Origin: Spirochaetia bacterium
GTDB taxonomy: Bacteria > Spirochaetota > Spirochaetia > SZUA-6 > Bin103
Assembly (NCBI GenBank): GCA_965203905.1
Contig: CBDBDQ010000005.1
Coordinates: 832,001 to 896,000 of the forward strand
DNA: 64,000 bases
Reading direction: 5' to 3'
Part shown: positions 8,474 through 18,679 of the stretch, piece by piece
Layout of the letters: each line of letters opens with the position of its first letter
Position numbering within the stretch: position 1 is the stretch's first letter
Translations under genes and position numbers: made by a program
Notes under the pieces: model-generated
Told to the model about the DNA's origin: nothing
The model's input: the letters and a program-made list of their open reading frames with translations, nothing else
Databases searched by the model: none

Positions 8474-10444
8474 CTACTGCTGTTTGATGAAAAACTGGTC
8501 GGCTTTGACGCGTACGTCGTACATGATCCGTTCTCCCTGAGGAGCCACATTGCCGAACTTCGTGGCGGCGACGAAGAACTCGCCGGGATGGGCGACGATG
8601 CCGATCACCCAGAGGTTGTCCAGCGCAATGTCGAAGATCTGCTTGGCGATCGCCTTGCGCTCCTGCTCCGTGATGGCAGTCTTCAACTGCTCGTTGAGGT
8701 CGTACAGATGCTTGATCAGCGCGGGTGGTTGTTCGCCGCGGGTACCGTCCGAGGCCAGCCAGCGGGACCATTCACCCGCCCAGTAGCCGGGGTATGAAGT
8801 ATCCGCGCTGCGCGCCCAGGGCACATAGTGTCCGCCGATCTGATCGCCGGTGTAGATGCTTCCGGTATGGTGGCCGGCACCGACGAAGGCGTTCCAGTCC
8901 CCGGTCTCCAGCTTGTCCCAGTTGGCGTCACCCCACTTGATGATGGTCTTGACGCCGATCGCCGCAAGGTAGTCGGAGAGCAGCTCCATCACGTCCTGGC
9001 TTATCAGGTCGCCACGACTGTTCATGAGCACGAACTCAAGCGTCTTGCCGTCGCCGCGCTGCCGATAGCCGTCGCGGTCGCGCCCGGTCAGCCCCATCTC
9101 ATCGAGCAGGCCGTTGGCCTTGTCGGGGTCGTGCTCAAGATACGCGCTCTTGAGCTCCGCGTGATAGAACGGCTCGCCCGGCTTGGGGCCCGACTGTACG
9201 GGCCAGGAGAATCCGAAGTACGCGATGCGGTTGATCTCGTCGCGATCGATGGCGTGGGAAACGGCAATGCGGAAGCGCTTGTCCTGAAACACCTCGCGCA
9301 GTCCGGGATCGTTGTCGGTCAGGTTGAACGCCAGGTCGAGACCGGTGTGATTCGGCCCCGGCCAGCCCCACGCCTGCAGCTCGCCCGCTCTGTCCAGCTC
9401 CATCAGGTCGGACCAGATCTCCTTGCCGAAGATCCGCTGCCCGTCCAGCTCGCCGGCAATGGCACGCAGATTCATGGTCTGGATGTCGCTCACCAGCTCG
9501 ATCACCACCTGATCGATGTAGGGAAGCTGGTTGCGAGCCTTGTCAACCGAACCATAGAACGGGTTGCGCTCGAACACGAGCGGCCCCATGGAGGGAACCG
9601 ACACCGGCATCCAGGCGTGCAGGGTGGGTTTCTCCGGGTCGGGAACGCGCCGCCAGGTCTGATTGGCGTGGTGTGTGAACAGCTCGAACCAGGTCTCGAA
9701 GCCGGCCTCCTTGACCTTGCCGGCGAGCTCTTCCTGGTCGGCGTGGTCCTCGTGGAACTGGCTCAGGTAGTGTTTCGGATAGCGGGCCATGACTTCGCCG
9801 CGTACCGCCGCGATCCGGTCGAACAGCGGGAACGGAGCGTCCCACTCGAACCGCACCGTGTAGTCGTCGACCTGGGACACCCGTGCCGCCTGACCGCCGG
9901 CCGTCCAGTAGGAAGGCAGCTTGGGGGTGACCTTCTCATTCCGCACCGCATCGTTCCACCAGAACATGATGTCCTCGGAGGTGAACGGCGTTCCGTCCGA
10001 CCAGCGCAGGCCTTCCCTCATGTCGAAGGTCCAGGTGGTGGCGTTGTTCTGCATCTCGAGCGCCTCGACGTGAACCGGATAGACCCGTGCTTGCCAGTAG
10101 TCGATGATCATCAGCTTGTCCAGTTGCCGGTAACCGGGGATTCCCGGACCTCCCACCGGACTCGCCGCGCGGGTGGTCCGGTACCAGGTGCCTCCGTACG
10201 TGCCGATCTCCTGCTCGACCTCGCGAACGAAAGGATTCGCCGGCAGGCGATCGTCCACCGGAGGCAACTCGCCGGCGGCAACGCGGGCGGCCAACATGGG
10301 CGCCTCGTTGTACTTGCCCGCGGGCACGGCGGCAGTCTCCTGTGGCGCCGCCGTCTGTTCGGTTTCCCCGGTCGCAAAACCCGACACGGCGACGCCTGAC
10401 AGGAGCAGCACCAGCAGCGTGCGCTGCACGCATTTCGTACTCAT
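8474..10444 (-). CDS. ABC transporter substrate-binding protein, family 5 (paralog of 6437..8407)
   Basis: RBS GGAGGTG, signal peptide (GFATGETE), same family-5 motifs as the neighbour. Confidence 0.93.
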   Translation of the reverse strand: MSTKCVQRTLLVLLLSGVAVSGFATGETEQTAAPQETAAVPAGKYNEAPMLAARVAAGELPPVDDRLPANPFVREVEQEIGTYGGTWYRTTRAASPVGGPGIPGYRQLDKLMIIDYWQARVYPVHVEALEMQNNATTWTFDMREGLRWSDGTPFTSEDIMFWWNDAVRNEKVTPKLPSYWTAGGQAARVSQVDDYTVRFEWDAPFPLFDRIAAVRGEVMARYPKHYLSQFHEDHADQEELAGKVKEAGFETWFELFTHHANQTWRRVPDPEKPTLHAWMPVSVPSMGPLVFERNPFYGSVDKARNQLPYIDQVVIELVSDIQTMNLRAIAGELDGQRIFGKEIWSDLMELDRAGELQAWGWPGPNHTGLDLAFNLTDNDPGLREVFQDKRFRIAVSHAIDRDEINRIAYFGFSWPVQSGPKPGEPFYHAELKSAYLEHDPDKANGLLDEMGLTGRDRDGYRQRGDGKTLEFVLMNSRGDLISQDVMELLSDYLAAIGVKTIIKWGDANWDKLETGDWNAFVGAGHHTGSIYTGDQIGGHYVPWARSADTSYPGYWAGEWSRWLASDGTRGEQPPALIKHLYDLNEQLKTAITEQERKAIAKQIFDIALDNLWVIGIVAHPGEFFVAATKFGNVAPQGERIMYDVRVKADQFFIKQQ

Positions 10445-10481
10445 GACTTCACCTCCTCGCTTCGTGAAGCGGTAGCCGGTC

Positions 10482-10510
10482 AATCTACCTCACGCCCATA
10501 CCCCTGTCAA
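10482..10510 (-). promoter_or_regulatory. Sigma70-type promoter
   Basis: TTGACA-17 nt-TAGATT about 40 nt upstream of the SBP start. Confidence 0.65.
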
Positions 10511-10614
10511 ATCGGCGTACGCCTGGTGGCGTGAAGGAGAGCGCGGTGCATGATCGTCAACCGGGCAACTCGCCTCGCCCGACACCGCGCGGTCCCTGAT
10601 GCTCCGGGTGCTGC

Positions 10615-11496
10615 TCAGTCGGTGACGAAGTGCTGGTAGAGTGGCTGCACCGCGGGCGGGAGCCGCTCGAACACCTCCCGCATTATCGGTAGGGAGTCGT
10701 AGTTCTTGCCCCCGGTGGCGGCCACCATGCGCTCATGGTCGGGGGTGCCGCGAATCGTGGGGGTGAGGTTCAGCCACCACGGAGCGTAGCGAATGATCAG
10801 GGCCACCCGCGCCTCGCTGCTGACGTTGGGTGCCACCGCGTGCCACAGGCGGCTGTCGTAGAGCAGCACGCTGCCGGCGCTGCCGGTGACCTGGGTCTGC
10901 TGCGGATGGGGCCCGTCACGGTCGAAGCCGCGGAGCGTCTCTCCGGCCGGGTTGTCGGTGCGCCGATGGCTGCCGGGAACGATGAAGGTACCGCCGTTGG
11001 CGGCGCTGAACTCGGTGAGCATCCAGATGCTCGAAAGATGCATCAGAGCGTCGGGGTAGGGCGCCTTCACGTGGGTGGAATTGGTGGCGTTGTAGGGCCA
11101 GTCGGCGTGCCAGTAGCCGCGCTCGCTGCCGGGGTTGGTGATCACGCAATCGGTGCACGAGATGCGCACGAAGTCGCCCAGCAGTGCGTTGGCGGCGCCG
11201 AGGATGCGCTGCTCTGCGAGATAGGGAGCGAAGCACTGGGTTGCGTTGATTACCTGCCTGAGGTTGTCGACCCCCGCCGCGCCCACCCGATGGCCGCGCG
11301 ACCGCGTCCTGGCCAACTCCGCGGCGGCCGCCTGCCGATGGGCGCGTTGCGCCGCAACCACTTCCTGCCGTACCTGCCCCACCTTGCCGGCCGGGATCAC
11401 TTCGGGGACGACGCAGTAGCCGGACCTGGCCATTGCGCCCACGATGGCCGCTACGCTGTTGCCGGTCTCCATGGTCGCGAAGGTGGCGCCGCTCAT
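10615..11496 (-). CDS. Phytanoyl-CoA dioxygenase (PhyH) family Fe(II)/2-oxoglutarate oxygenase
   Basis: WHADW (HxD), NGGTFIVPGSH, GSVLLYDSRLWHAV...R. Confidence 0.92.
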   Translation of the reverse strand: MSGATFATMETGNSVAAIVGAMARSGYCVVPEVIPAGKVGQVRQEVVAAQRAHRQAAAAELARTRSRGHRVGAAGVDNLRQVINATQCFAPYLAEQRILGAANALLGDFVRISCTDCVITNPGSERGYWHADWPYNATNSTHVKAPYPDALMHLSSIWMLTEFSAANGGTFIVPGSHRRTDNPAGETLRGFDRDGPHPQQTQVTGSAGSVLLYDSRLWHAVAPNVSSEARVALIIRYAPWWLNLTPTIRGTPDHERMVAATGGKNYDSLPIMREVFERLPPAVQPLYQHFVTD

Positions 11497-13103
11497 GGCG
11501 TGGGTTCTCCGGCTCGCGAGTGGCCGCGCTGGAAGCGGAAGGAGTACAGCTCCGCGTCCCTGAGGAAGAAGCGCAAGGAGCGCCAGTTCGCTGACTCCCG
11601 GGCGCTCGCCGGAAGCTCCGGCCGCCCGTTCCAGGTGACCGTGTGCGCCACCGAGTCTCCGGTCATCGCGTCACAATCCTGCTTCGCGCAACCCGCGATC
11701 ACCGTGTCACTGCGATCGGCCAGCTCGACCCGGACCGAGCCGCCGGGGCGGCAGCGCGCGTTGATCTGCAAACGATCGCCGTCGCTGAGTACCGGGTGGG
11801 TGACCACGATCCCCTCGCGCAGGCGGTTGGCTGCCAGCGAGGCGAAGCCGTGCCGGCGCAGCGTCACCAGCCCGAGGCCCGCCGAGGCCCGCTCGGGATG
11901 GCGCGCTTCCGCGTGATCCAGTCCCTCGTTCGAGCCCGCCAGCCACCAGTCGTGGTGGTAGTTGAAGCCGCCCTGGTAGAACCAATGTTCGTCTCCCACG
12001 TCGATCGGCTGGCTGAACAGACTGACCATGTAGGCATCCCAGTGTTCCGCGCCGCGTGGTTGCAGAAACGGCCTGCGGTTCTTGGTCGGTTGCCAGTGCA
12101 GGCCGTCGCGGCTCATCAGGAGCTGTACCTCGATGATGTTGTCGACCTGGTGGAAGACACCGACGGTAGCGAGGTGCAGGGAGCCGAGACGGAACTGCGC
12201 CATGCCGTAGTACGACACGTCGAGCTCGTGCTCGTCGTCGTCCGGCGTGGCGACCAATACGGGATCGCTCCAATGCAGGAAGTCGGAGCTGCGGCTCTGC
12301 CAGATGCGCCGCTTGCTCATGGCCAGCGGCTGGTATGGCTGGTGCGACCACAGGAAGCCGGCGCCCTTGCGCGGCTGGCGCAGGTTGACGGCGCCCGGTT
12401 GCCCGCCGAGGTGGGCGCGGATGTTGACCACGAATTCCCGCGCCTCGGGATCGTAGAACGCCGTGTTGACGTCCCCGGGCCGGTTGCCCTGTAAGCCGAA
12501 GCGCGGGGTCTCGTCGTAGAGTCGCCAGTGGATGCCGTCGGGGGAGTGCACGCAGTGGGTCTGCCGATGGCTCCCGGAAGCATCGCTCCAGATGTGGCGC
12601 AACATGGCGCGGAACCGTTCTTCCCGGCGCGGGGGGTGCGGGTCCAGGACGACGGTCATCGCATGGGCGTCGCCGAACGCGCCGCCCCCCAGTACGATGT
12701 TGGTCTTGCTGCCGCCGACCCGGCGCACGTCGAGCTCCGGTTTCTCCCAGATCAGCCCATCGCTGCTGCACGCGTAGAGCTGGGTGGCACGCAGGTCGAA
12801 GTTGACCGGCGGCCGATCTCCGGCCCGTGCGCCCTGCGCCGGAACTCCGCTCTGGTCCTGATACCAGCACTTGAACAGCCCGTCCGCGGGATCGCGCAGG
12901 ACCGTGGTGGAGCCGTAGTAGGCGGCCCACATCACCTGTTCCCAGGGGCGGTCCTCCGTGATCAGGGGCTGCTCCTGCTTGCGCTGCGGAGTATGCCAGC
13001 TCCGCTTCACGTCCTGCACCGAGGCGATCAGGAGGTCGTCCACGAAGGTCTGGACCTCCTCTGCCGCGTTGAGCATGGTGCTGTCCCAGCTTCCGATGTT
13101 CAT
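11493..13103 (-). CDS. Five-bladed beta-propeller glycoside hydrolase-like protein (GH32/43-like clan)
   Basis: FVDDLLI, DRPWE, FKCWY, SSDGLIWEKP, SPDGIHW, SRDGLHW repeats, C-terminal LRRHGFASL...LYSF. Confidence 0.7.
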   Translation of the reverse strand: MNIGSWDSTMLNAAEEVQTFVDDLLIASVQDVKRSWHTPQRKQEQPLITEDRPWEQVMWAAYYGSTTVLRDPADGLFKCWYQDQSGVPAQGARAGDRPPVNFDLRATQLYACSSDGLIWEKPELDVRRVGGSKTNIVLGGGAFGDAHAMTVVLDPHPPRREERFRAMLRHIWSDASGSHRQTHCVHSPDGIHWRLYDETPRFGLQGNRPGDVNTAFYDPEAREFVVNIRAHLGGQPGAVNLRQPRKGAGFLWSHQPYQPLAMSKRRIWQSRSSDFLHWSDPVLVATPDDDEHELDVSYYGMAQFRLGSLHLATVGVFHQVDNIIEVQLLMSRDGLHWQPTKNRRPFLQPRGAEHWDAYMVSLFSQPIDVGDEHWFYQGGFNYHHDWWLAGSNEGLDHAEARHPERASAGLGLVTLRRHGFASLAANRLREGIVVTHPVLSDGDRLQINARCRPGGSVRVELADRSDTVIAGCAKQDCDAMTGDSVAHTVTWNGRPELPASARESANWRSLRFFLRDAELYSFRFQRGHSRAGEPTP

Positions 13104-14167
13104 GCCTGTCCTCCACTGCTCACTCCACGCAGGTCCAGGTCAGCGGCGAAGTGGCACGCCGCCTGGTGACCGGCAGCCTGTCGCATCGGCTCCAGCACGG
13201 GTGTCTCCTGCCGGCACCGGTCGGCCCGATACCGGCATCGCGGATCGAATGCACAACCCTCCCGCACCGCGCCGGGATCCGGCACGTCGCCTTCGAGGAT
13301 CACGCGCTCCACCCGGTGATGCGGATTGGGATCCGGAACCGCGGTCAGCAACGCTTCAGTATAAGGATGGCGGGGACCCGAGAACAGCTCCTCGGTCGGC
13401 GCCAGCTCCACGATAGTGCCCAGGTACATCACCGCGACCCGGTCGCTGACGTGCTCGACCACGCTCAGATTGTGGGAGATGAACAGGTACGACAGATTGT
13501 GCTGCTGCTGGAGGTCCTGAAACAGGTTCAGGATCTGCGCCTGCACCGAAACGTCGAGCGCCGAGGTCGGCTCGTCGGCCACGATCAGGCTGGGGTTGAG
13601 GGCGAGAGCGCGGGCGATCCCGATGCGCTGTCGCTGGCCGCCGCTGAAGGCGTACGGGTAGCGCCGCAGGTAGTGCGGATCGAGGCCCACGTCCTGCATC
13701 AGCTCGACCACCCGGTCGTCGAGCACCCTGCCCCGTGCCAGCCGATGGATGATCAGCGGCTCGCCGATGATGTCGCGTGTCGTCATGCGCGGATTCAGCG
13801 ACGACTGCGGATCCTGAAACACCATCTGGATGTGCCGGCGCGCGGCGCGCAGATCGCGCGTGCTCAGCGCATTCATGTCCACCACCCCGCTCTGGTGATG
13901 GAACAGGACGTTGCCGGTGATCGTCGCCTCCTGGCTGCGCACGCTGCCCATGATGGTGAGGCCGAGGGTGGTCTTGCCGCAGCCGCTCTCTCCCACCACG
14001 CCCAGGGTCTCCCCCTGTTCGAGCGAGAAGCTCACGCCGTCGACCGCCTTGATGCTGCCCGACACGTTGCGGAACAATCCCTCCCGCACGTGGAAGTGGG
14101 TCTTGAGATCCGCCACCTGGAGCAGGCACCCGGAAGATTCCGCTCCGGTCGTGGCCGCCTCAGCCAT
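13100..14167 (-). CDS. Oligopeptide-type ABC ATP-binding protein (OppF-like)
   Basis: GESGCGKT, FSGGQRQR, ADEPTSALD, C-terminal Cys motif; likely ATG at 14167. Confidence 0.95.
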   Translation of the reverse strand: MAEAATTGAESSGCLLQVADLKTHFHVREGLFRNVSGSIKAVDGVSFSLEQGETLGVVGESGCGKTTLGLTIMGSVRSQEATITGNVLFHHQSGVVDMNALSTRDLRAARRHIQMVFQDPQSSLNPRMTTRDIIGEPLIIHRLARGRVLDDRVVELMQDVGLDPHYLRRYPYAFSGGQRQRIGIARALALNPSLIVADEPTSALDVSVQAQILNLFQDLQQQHNLSYLFISHNLSVVEHVSDRVAVMYLGTIVELAPTEELFSGPRHPYTEALLTAVPDPNPHHRVERVILEGDVPDPGAVREGCAFDPRCRYRADRCRQETPVLEPMRQAAGHQAACHFAADLDLRGVSSGGQA

Positions 14168-15212
14168 CCCCGTGGTCACCGTTGCCGTACAGCACGCAGC
14201 GCACCTGGCGGCCGCGGGCGGTAACGAGCGCGGGCTGCCGCACCTCGCACCTGTCGTGCTGGGCCTGCTCGCAGCGCGGCTCGAAGTAACAGCCCGCCGG
14301 TCTCGTATACGGGTCCGGCACGGCGCCGGCAATTGCCTTCAAGCGCTGTCGGGAGCGCTCGCCGATGCGCGGGATCGACTCCAGCAGGGCCCGAGTATAG
14401 GGATGCAGCGGGTCGTCGTACACGTCGACGAAGCGCCCTTCCTCCACCACCTTGCCCAGGTACATGACGATCACGCGATCGCACAGGTGGGCGATCACTC
14501 CCAGATCGTGGCTGATCATGATCATCGACATTCCGTATTGCCGCTGCAGTTTCCTCAGCAGCTCCAGGATCTGCGCCTGGATGGTGACATCGACCGCCGT
14601 GGTCGGCTCATCGGCGATCAGCAGCCGGGGGTTGCAGGCCAGCGCCATGGCGATCATGGCGCGCTGCCGCATCCCGCCGCTGAGCTGGAAGGTGTAGGAG
14701 TCGATGCGTTTCTCGGGACTCGGAATGCCGACATCACGCAGCAGCGTCACGGCCCTGGCGCGCGCATCCTGCGGTGTCCACGAGCGGTGGTGCAGAAGCA
14801 TCCCCTCGGTAATCTGGTAGCCAATGGTGTAGAGCGGACTGAGCGCCTCCATCGGCTCCTGGAATATCATGGAGATCTGCTTGCCGCGGACGTCCCGGAC
14901 TTCCCTGCCGAATGGACTCAATGCGGCAAGATCGACCACTCCGTCGTCAGGGGTGTGCAGCAGGATCTTCCCCGACACGATGCGTCCCGGCCACGGTACG
15001 ACGTTCAGAATCGACAGTGCCGTCACCGACTTGCCGCAGCCGCTCTCGCCCACGATGCCGAGCGTTTCGCCGCGCTCGAGGCGAAAGCTGACCGAGTCGA
15101 CGGCGCGCACCGTGCCCTCCTCCAGCTCGAAGTACGTGACAAGGTCGTCGACCTCCAGCAACGGCCGGTGCTGCGACGGTTTCGGGGCGCTAATGGTAGG
15201 GGTCGGCTGCAT
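14160..15212 (-). CDS. Oligopeptide-type ABC ATP-binding protein (OppD-like)
   Basis: [29 protein letters not shown]; start uncertain. Confidence 0.95.
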   Translation of the reverse strand: MQPTPTISAPKPSQHRPLLEVDDLVTYFELEEGTVRAVDSVSFRLERGETLGIVGESGCGKSVTALSILNVVPWPGRIVSGKILLHTPDDGVVDLAALSPFGREVRDVRGKQISMIFQEPMEALSPLYTIGYQITEGMLLHHRSWTPQDARARAVTLLRDVGIPSPEKRIDSYTFQLSGGMRQRAMIAMALACNPRLLIADEPTTAVDVTIQAQILELLRKLQRQYGMSMIMISHDLGVIAHLCDRVIVMYLGKVVEEGRFVDVYDDPLHPYTRALLESIPRIGERSRQRLKAIAGAVPDPYTRPAGCYFEPRCEQAQHDRCEVRQPALVTARGRQVRCVLYGNGDHGDG

Positions 15213-16335
15213 CGCGCATTCCATCACCGAGAAAGTTGAACGCCAGCACCGCCACGATCACGAACAGCGCAGGAATCAGCAGCCAGGAGGTTCTGACTAC
15301 GCTCTGCACGTTCTGGGCGCGTTGCAGCAGGACGCCCCAGCTCACGGCAGGGGCGCGCAACCCGACACCGAGGAAGCTCAGCGAGGTCTCGCCGAGAATC
15401 ATCGCCGGCACGCTCAGCGTGGCCGAGGCGATGACGTGGCTCATGAACGAGGGCAGCATGTGCTTGAACAGGATTCGCGGCACGCGCGCTCCGGCCTGCT
15501 GCGCGGCAATCACGAAGTACTCGGTGCGCAGCGACAGGAACTTGCCCCGCACCACGCGCGCCATCCCGGTCCATCCGATCAGCGACAGGATGATGGTAAT
15601 GAAGAAGTAGACCCGCAGGATCGGCCAGTCGATCGGCAGGGAGGCACTCAACGCCATCCACAACGGCAGCGTCGGAAACGAGCGCAGAATCTCTATGAAA
15701 CGCTGAATGAGGTTGTCCGTAATTCCTCCGTACCAGCCGGAGATCCCGCCCAGCACGATGCCGATCACGAAGCTCATGACGACACCGATCAAGCCGATGG
15801 AGAGCGAAATGCGCGAGGCGAAGATGGTGCGCGACAGCATGTCCCGCCCCTGCCGGTCGCTGCCGAACAGGAAGAATGCGGCCTCCTGGTCGGCGATTCC
15901 AAACAGGTGCAGGTCGGACTCGATCAAGCCCCACAATCGATACCGGTCGCCGCGCTGCAACAGGCGTAGCGGATGGATCTCGTCGGTGTTGAGCTGGTAG
16001 TTCCGGCTGAAGGTCTCCCGGTCGACCTGGAGCGTGATTCCGTAAACGAAAGGGCGCAGGTGCAAGCGCCCCTGAGCGTCCACGAGGCGCAGCGCCTGAG
16101 GGGGAGCCAGCGGGTACTCGGACTTGCGCGAGGTCGGCAATGCGGGGGCGAAGAACTCGGCGAACAGTGCGGTGACGTAGAACGCCAGCAGCACCCAGAG
16201 CGATACCACGGCGAGCCGGTGGCGTTTCAGCTTGCCCCATACCAGGCGCCATTGTGGGATCTGATAGCGAGCCTCCTCCGAGCCGGTGTCGTTCTCGCCG
16301 CGCCCGACGGAGTCGGACCGGTTCAGGCTGCTCAT
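15190..16335 (-). CDS. ABC permease (OppC-like)
   Basis: GSDRQGRD, TM segments, [19 protein letters not shown]. Confidence 0.95.
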   Translation of the reverse strand: MSSLNRSDSVGRGENDTGSEEARYQIPQWRLVWGKLKRHRLAVVSLWVLLAFYVTALFAEFFAPALPTSRKSEYPLAPPQALRLVDAQGRLHLRPFVYGITLQVDRETFSRNYQLNTDEIHPLRLLQRGDRYRLWGLIESDLHLFGIADQEAAFFLFGSDRQGRDMLSRTIFASRISLSIGLIGVVMSFVIGIVLGGISGWYGGITDNLIQRFIEILRSFPTLPLWMALSASLPIDWPILRVYFFITIILSLIGWTGMARVVRGKFLSLRTEYFVIAAQQAGARVPRILFKHMLPSFMSHVIASATLSVPAMILGETSLSFLGVGLRAPAVSWGVLLQRAQNVQSVVRTSWLLIPALFVIVAVLAFNFLGDGMRDAADPYH

Positions 16336-16351
16336 CGTCGTGGCACCTCCA

Positions 16352-17332
16352 TCAGTCGAAACGGATGCGCGGGTCGATCACCGCCAGCAGGATATCCGAT
16401 ACCAGAGTCCCGATCACGGTAAGGGCTGCCAGAATCATCACGAACGAGCCTGCCAGAAACATGTCCTGGACCCGTAGCGCCTGCAGGAACAACGGACCGG
16501 CGGTGGGTAATCCCAGCACTACCGCGGTGATGGTCGCGCCGGAGATCAGGTACGGCAGCAGCCAGCCGACGGTCGAGATGAGCGGATTGATGGCCGCCCG
16601 CACCGGATACTTCATCAGCAGGCTCACCTCGCTCAGTCCCTTGACCCGCGCGGTGATGACGTAGGTCTTGCGCAGCTCGTCGAGCAGATTGGCGCGCATG
16701 ATGCGGATGGTGGCCGCGGTGCCGGCGGTGCCGACGACGATCATCGGCACCCACAGGTGCTTCAGCAGATCCAGCACCTTGCCGAAGCTCCACGGCGCCA
16801 GCAGGTACTGCTGCGAGAACAGCCCGCCGAGCCCGGTTCCGAAGACCTGGTACGAGAAATACATGAGAATGAGGGCGAGCATGAAATTGGGCACGGCCAG
16901 GCCGATGAAGCCGAAAAAGGTGAACAGGTAATCTCCCACCGAGTACTGGCGCACGGCGGAATACACGCCGATAGGCACCGCCAAACCCCACGCAAACAGC
17001 AGCGAGGAGAGACTGACCACCATGGTCAGCATGAGCCGCTCGGCGATCAGGTTCTTGACCGGCTGCCGCAACGAGAGCGAGTACCCGAAGTCGCCCTGGA
17101 CGAAACGGAAGATCCACTTGAAGTAACGCGTATACCACGGCCGGTCGAGCCCGTAGCGGGCCCGCAACCCGTCGACGATCTCCTGCGATACGCCGCCCAT
17201 CTCCTCCTGCGTCTGGATGTAGTGGGTGAGGAAGTCCCCCGGCGGCAACTCGATGATGATGAAGGAGATCAGCGAGATGATGGCGAGCGTGGGCACCATG
17301 ACGAGCAGGCGGCGGATGACGAACTTCAGCAC
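16352..17332 (-). CDS. ABC permease (OppB-like)
   Basis: IIELPPGD, YGLDRP, ARVKGL, DPRIR. Confidence 0.95.
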   Translation of the reverse strand: MLKFVIRRLLVMVPTLAIISLISFIIIELPPGDFLTHYIQTQEEMGGVSQEIVDGLRARYGLDRPWYTRYFKWIFRFVQGDFGYSLSLRQPVKNLIAERLMLTMVVSLSSLLFAWGLAVPIGVYSAVRQYSVGDYLFTFFGFIGLAVPNFMLALILMYFSYQVFGTGLGGLFSQQYLLAPWSFGKVLDLLKHLWVPMIVVGTAGTAATIRIMRANLLDELRKTYVITARVKGLSEVSLLMKYPVRAAINPLISTVGWLLPYLISGATITAVVLGLPTAGPLFLQALRVQDMFLAGSFVMILAALTVIGTLVSDILLAVIDPRIRFD

Positions 17333-17350
17333 CGCGCCGACCTCATGCCG

Positions 17351-18469
17351 CTACGAGTAGAACCAGTCGATCGGGTAGATCTTGAGCCGCAACTCGCTGA
17401 CGATACCGGTTACTCCGGACTTGACGTTGGCGTAGTAGCCGATCAGTGCCTCGTCACCCACGAAGGTGACCGACGGGTAGCCATTGTCGAAGCCCGGCCG
17501 GTCCTCCACGTTGCTGATCTGTTCCCAGGTGGCTCCGTCGTCGCGGGAGATGGCACAGGTAAGCGGGTTGCGCGGCTGGTGGGTGCTGGTCGCGCCCGGC
17601 ACCGTGTGGCAGTAGGGTTTGGCGTTGTTCCAGATGAGCAGCAGATCGCCGGTCTTCGGAATGCGTTTCATGCAGGAAGCGACCGCCGGCGAGTCCAGGC
17701 CGGTGGACTCGGCCTCCGACCAGGTCTCGCCCCGATCCTCCGAAGTGGCCTGGTAGAGCTGGCCCAGCGAGGTCCTGAGAATTGCCAGCAGCGAGCCGTC
17801 GGCGCGTTCGATGACGGCCGGTTCCTCCGCTCCCCGGGCCGGCAGGTCGACCCGCTTCGCGCTTTCCTGCCAGGTGCGGCCGTTGTCGTCCGAGTAGAGG
17901 CAGAACGCCTGCCAGTGATCCCCCTTGCCATAGATCGGACCGGCGTGGCTGGGCAGCAGGATCCGCCCCGAAGAGTGGCACAGGATGTGGTCGGCGTTGG
18001 TGAAGTAGACCCCGGCGCCGGTCGATATCCGCACCGGTGCGCTCCAGCTCTCGCACTCGTCATCCGAATACCTGAGGTAGATCCTGAGGTCATTGTTGCG
18101 CATGTCGCGCGCCGTGTACGAAAACAGGATGCGGCCCGAGGGAAGCCGCAGCAGGTTGGGATGCTTGACGTTGTCTACGTCGGTATTCTCCTGCAGCGTC
18201 AGCTTGGCGCTCCAACTGCGCCCGTTGTCCGTCGATATCCGTGCGGATATCTGGCAGGGCGCATCATCTTCGCTGCGTTCTCCCGAGTACGGGGTGGCGA
18301 AGGCCTGACTCGGGCGGCGCAGGTAGTACTCGCACCACACCAGCATCAGGCGGCCATCGCTGAGCGGAAACACCAGTTGGTGGTCATGGCGCGGGTGCGC
18401 CGGCGTCCACGGAGCAACCGTCGCGGCGAACGCCTCGGCAGTCTGGGTCGGATCCACGGCGGCGGCCAT
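17351..18469 (-). CDS. BNR/Asp-box sialidase-family protein
   Basis: Five Asp boxes (STDNGRSW, SDDECESW, SDDNGRTW, SEDRGETW, SRDDGATW), C-terminal GYPS. Confidence 0.88.
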   Translation of the reverse strand: MAAAVDPTQTAEAFAATVAPWTPAHPRHDHQLVFPLSDGRLMLVWCEYYLRRPSQAFATPYSGERSEDDAPCQISARISTDNGRSWSAKLTLQENTDVDNVKHPNLLRLPSGRILFSYTARDMRNNDLRIYLRYSDDECESWSAPVRISTGAGVYFTNADHILCHSSGRILLPSHAGPIYGKGDHWQAFCLYSDDNGRTWQESAKRVDLPARGAEEPAVIERADGSLLAILRTSLGQLYQATSEDRGETWSEAESTGLDSPAVASCMKRIPKTGDLLLIWNNAKPYCHTVPGATSTHQPRNPLTCAISRDDGATWEQISNVEDRPGFDNGYPSVTFVGDEALIGYYANVKSGVTGIVSELRLKIYPIDWFYS

Positions 18470-18679
18470 CAACGTGCGCGCAACGGCGTGGTGAGGTTGC
18501 GATGACGCAGCGCTTGGCTTGAAGTCATGTATCCCTCCCGGTTGAACAGAGCCGGCCCCCGGCTTACCGCAGGCCGGTCTGACTTATGGATCGATGGAGA
18601 CTCATGATAGCACGCTGCCGCGCGGAGGTCTTCGGTAACCGGCTCGCTATCTCGCTCGGCTCGCGCCGCTCGCTCCCGT

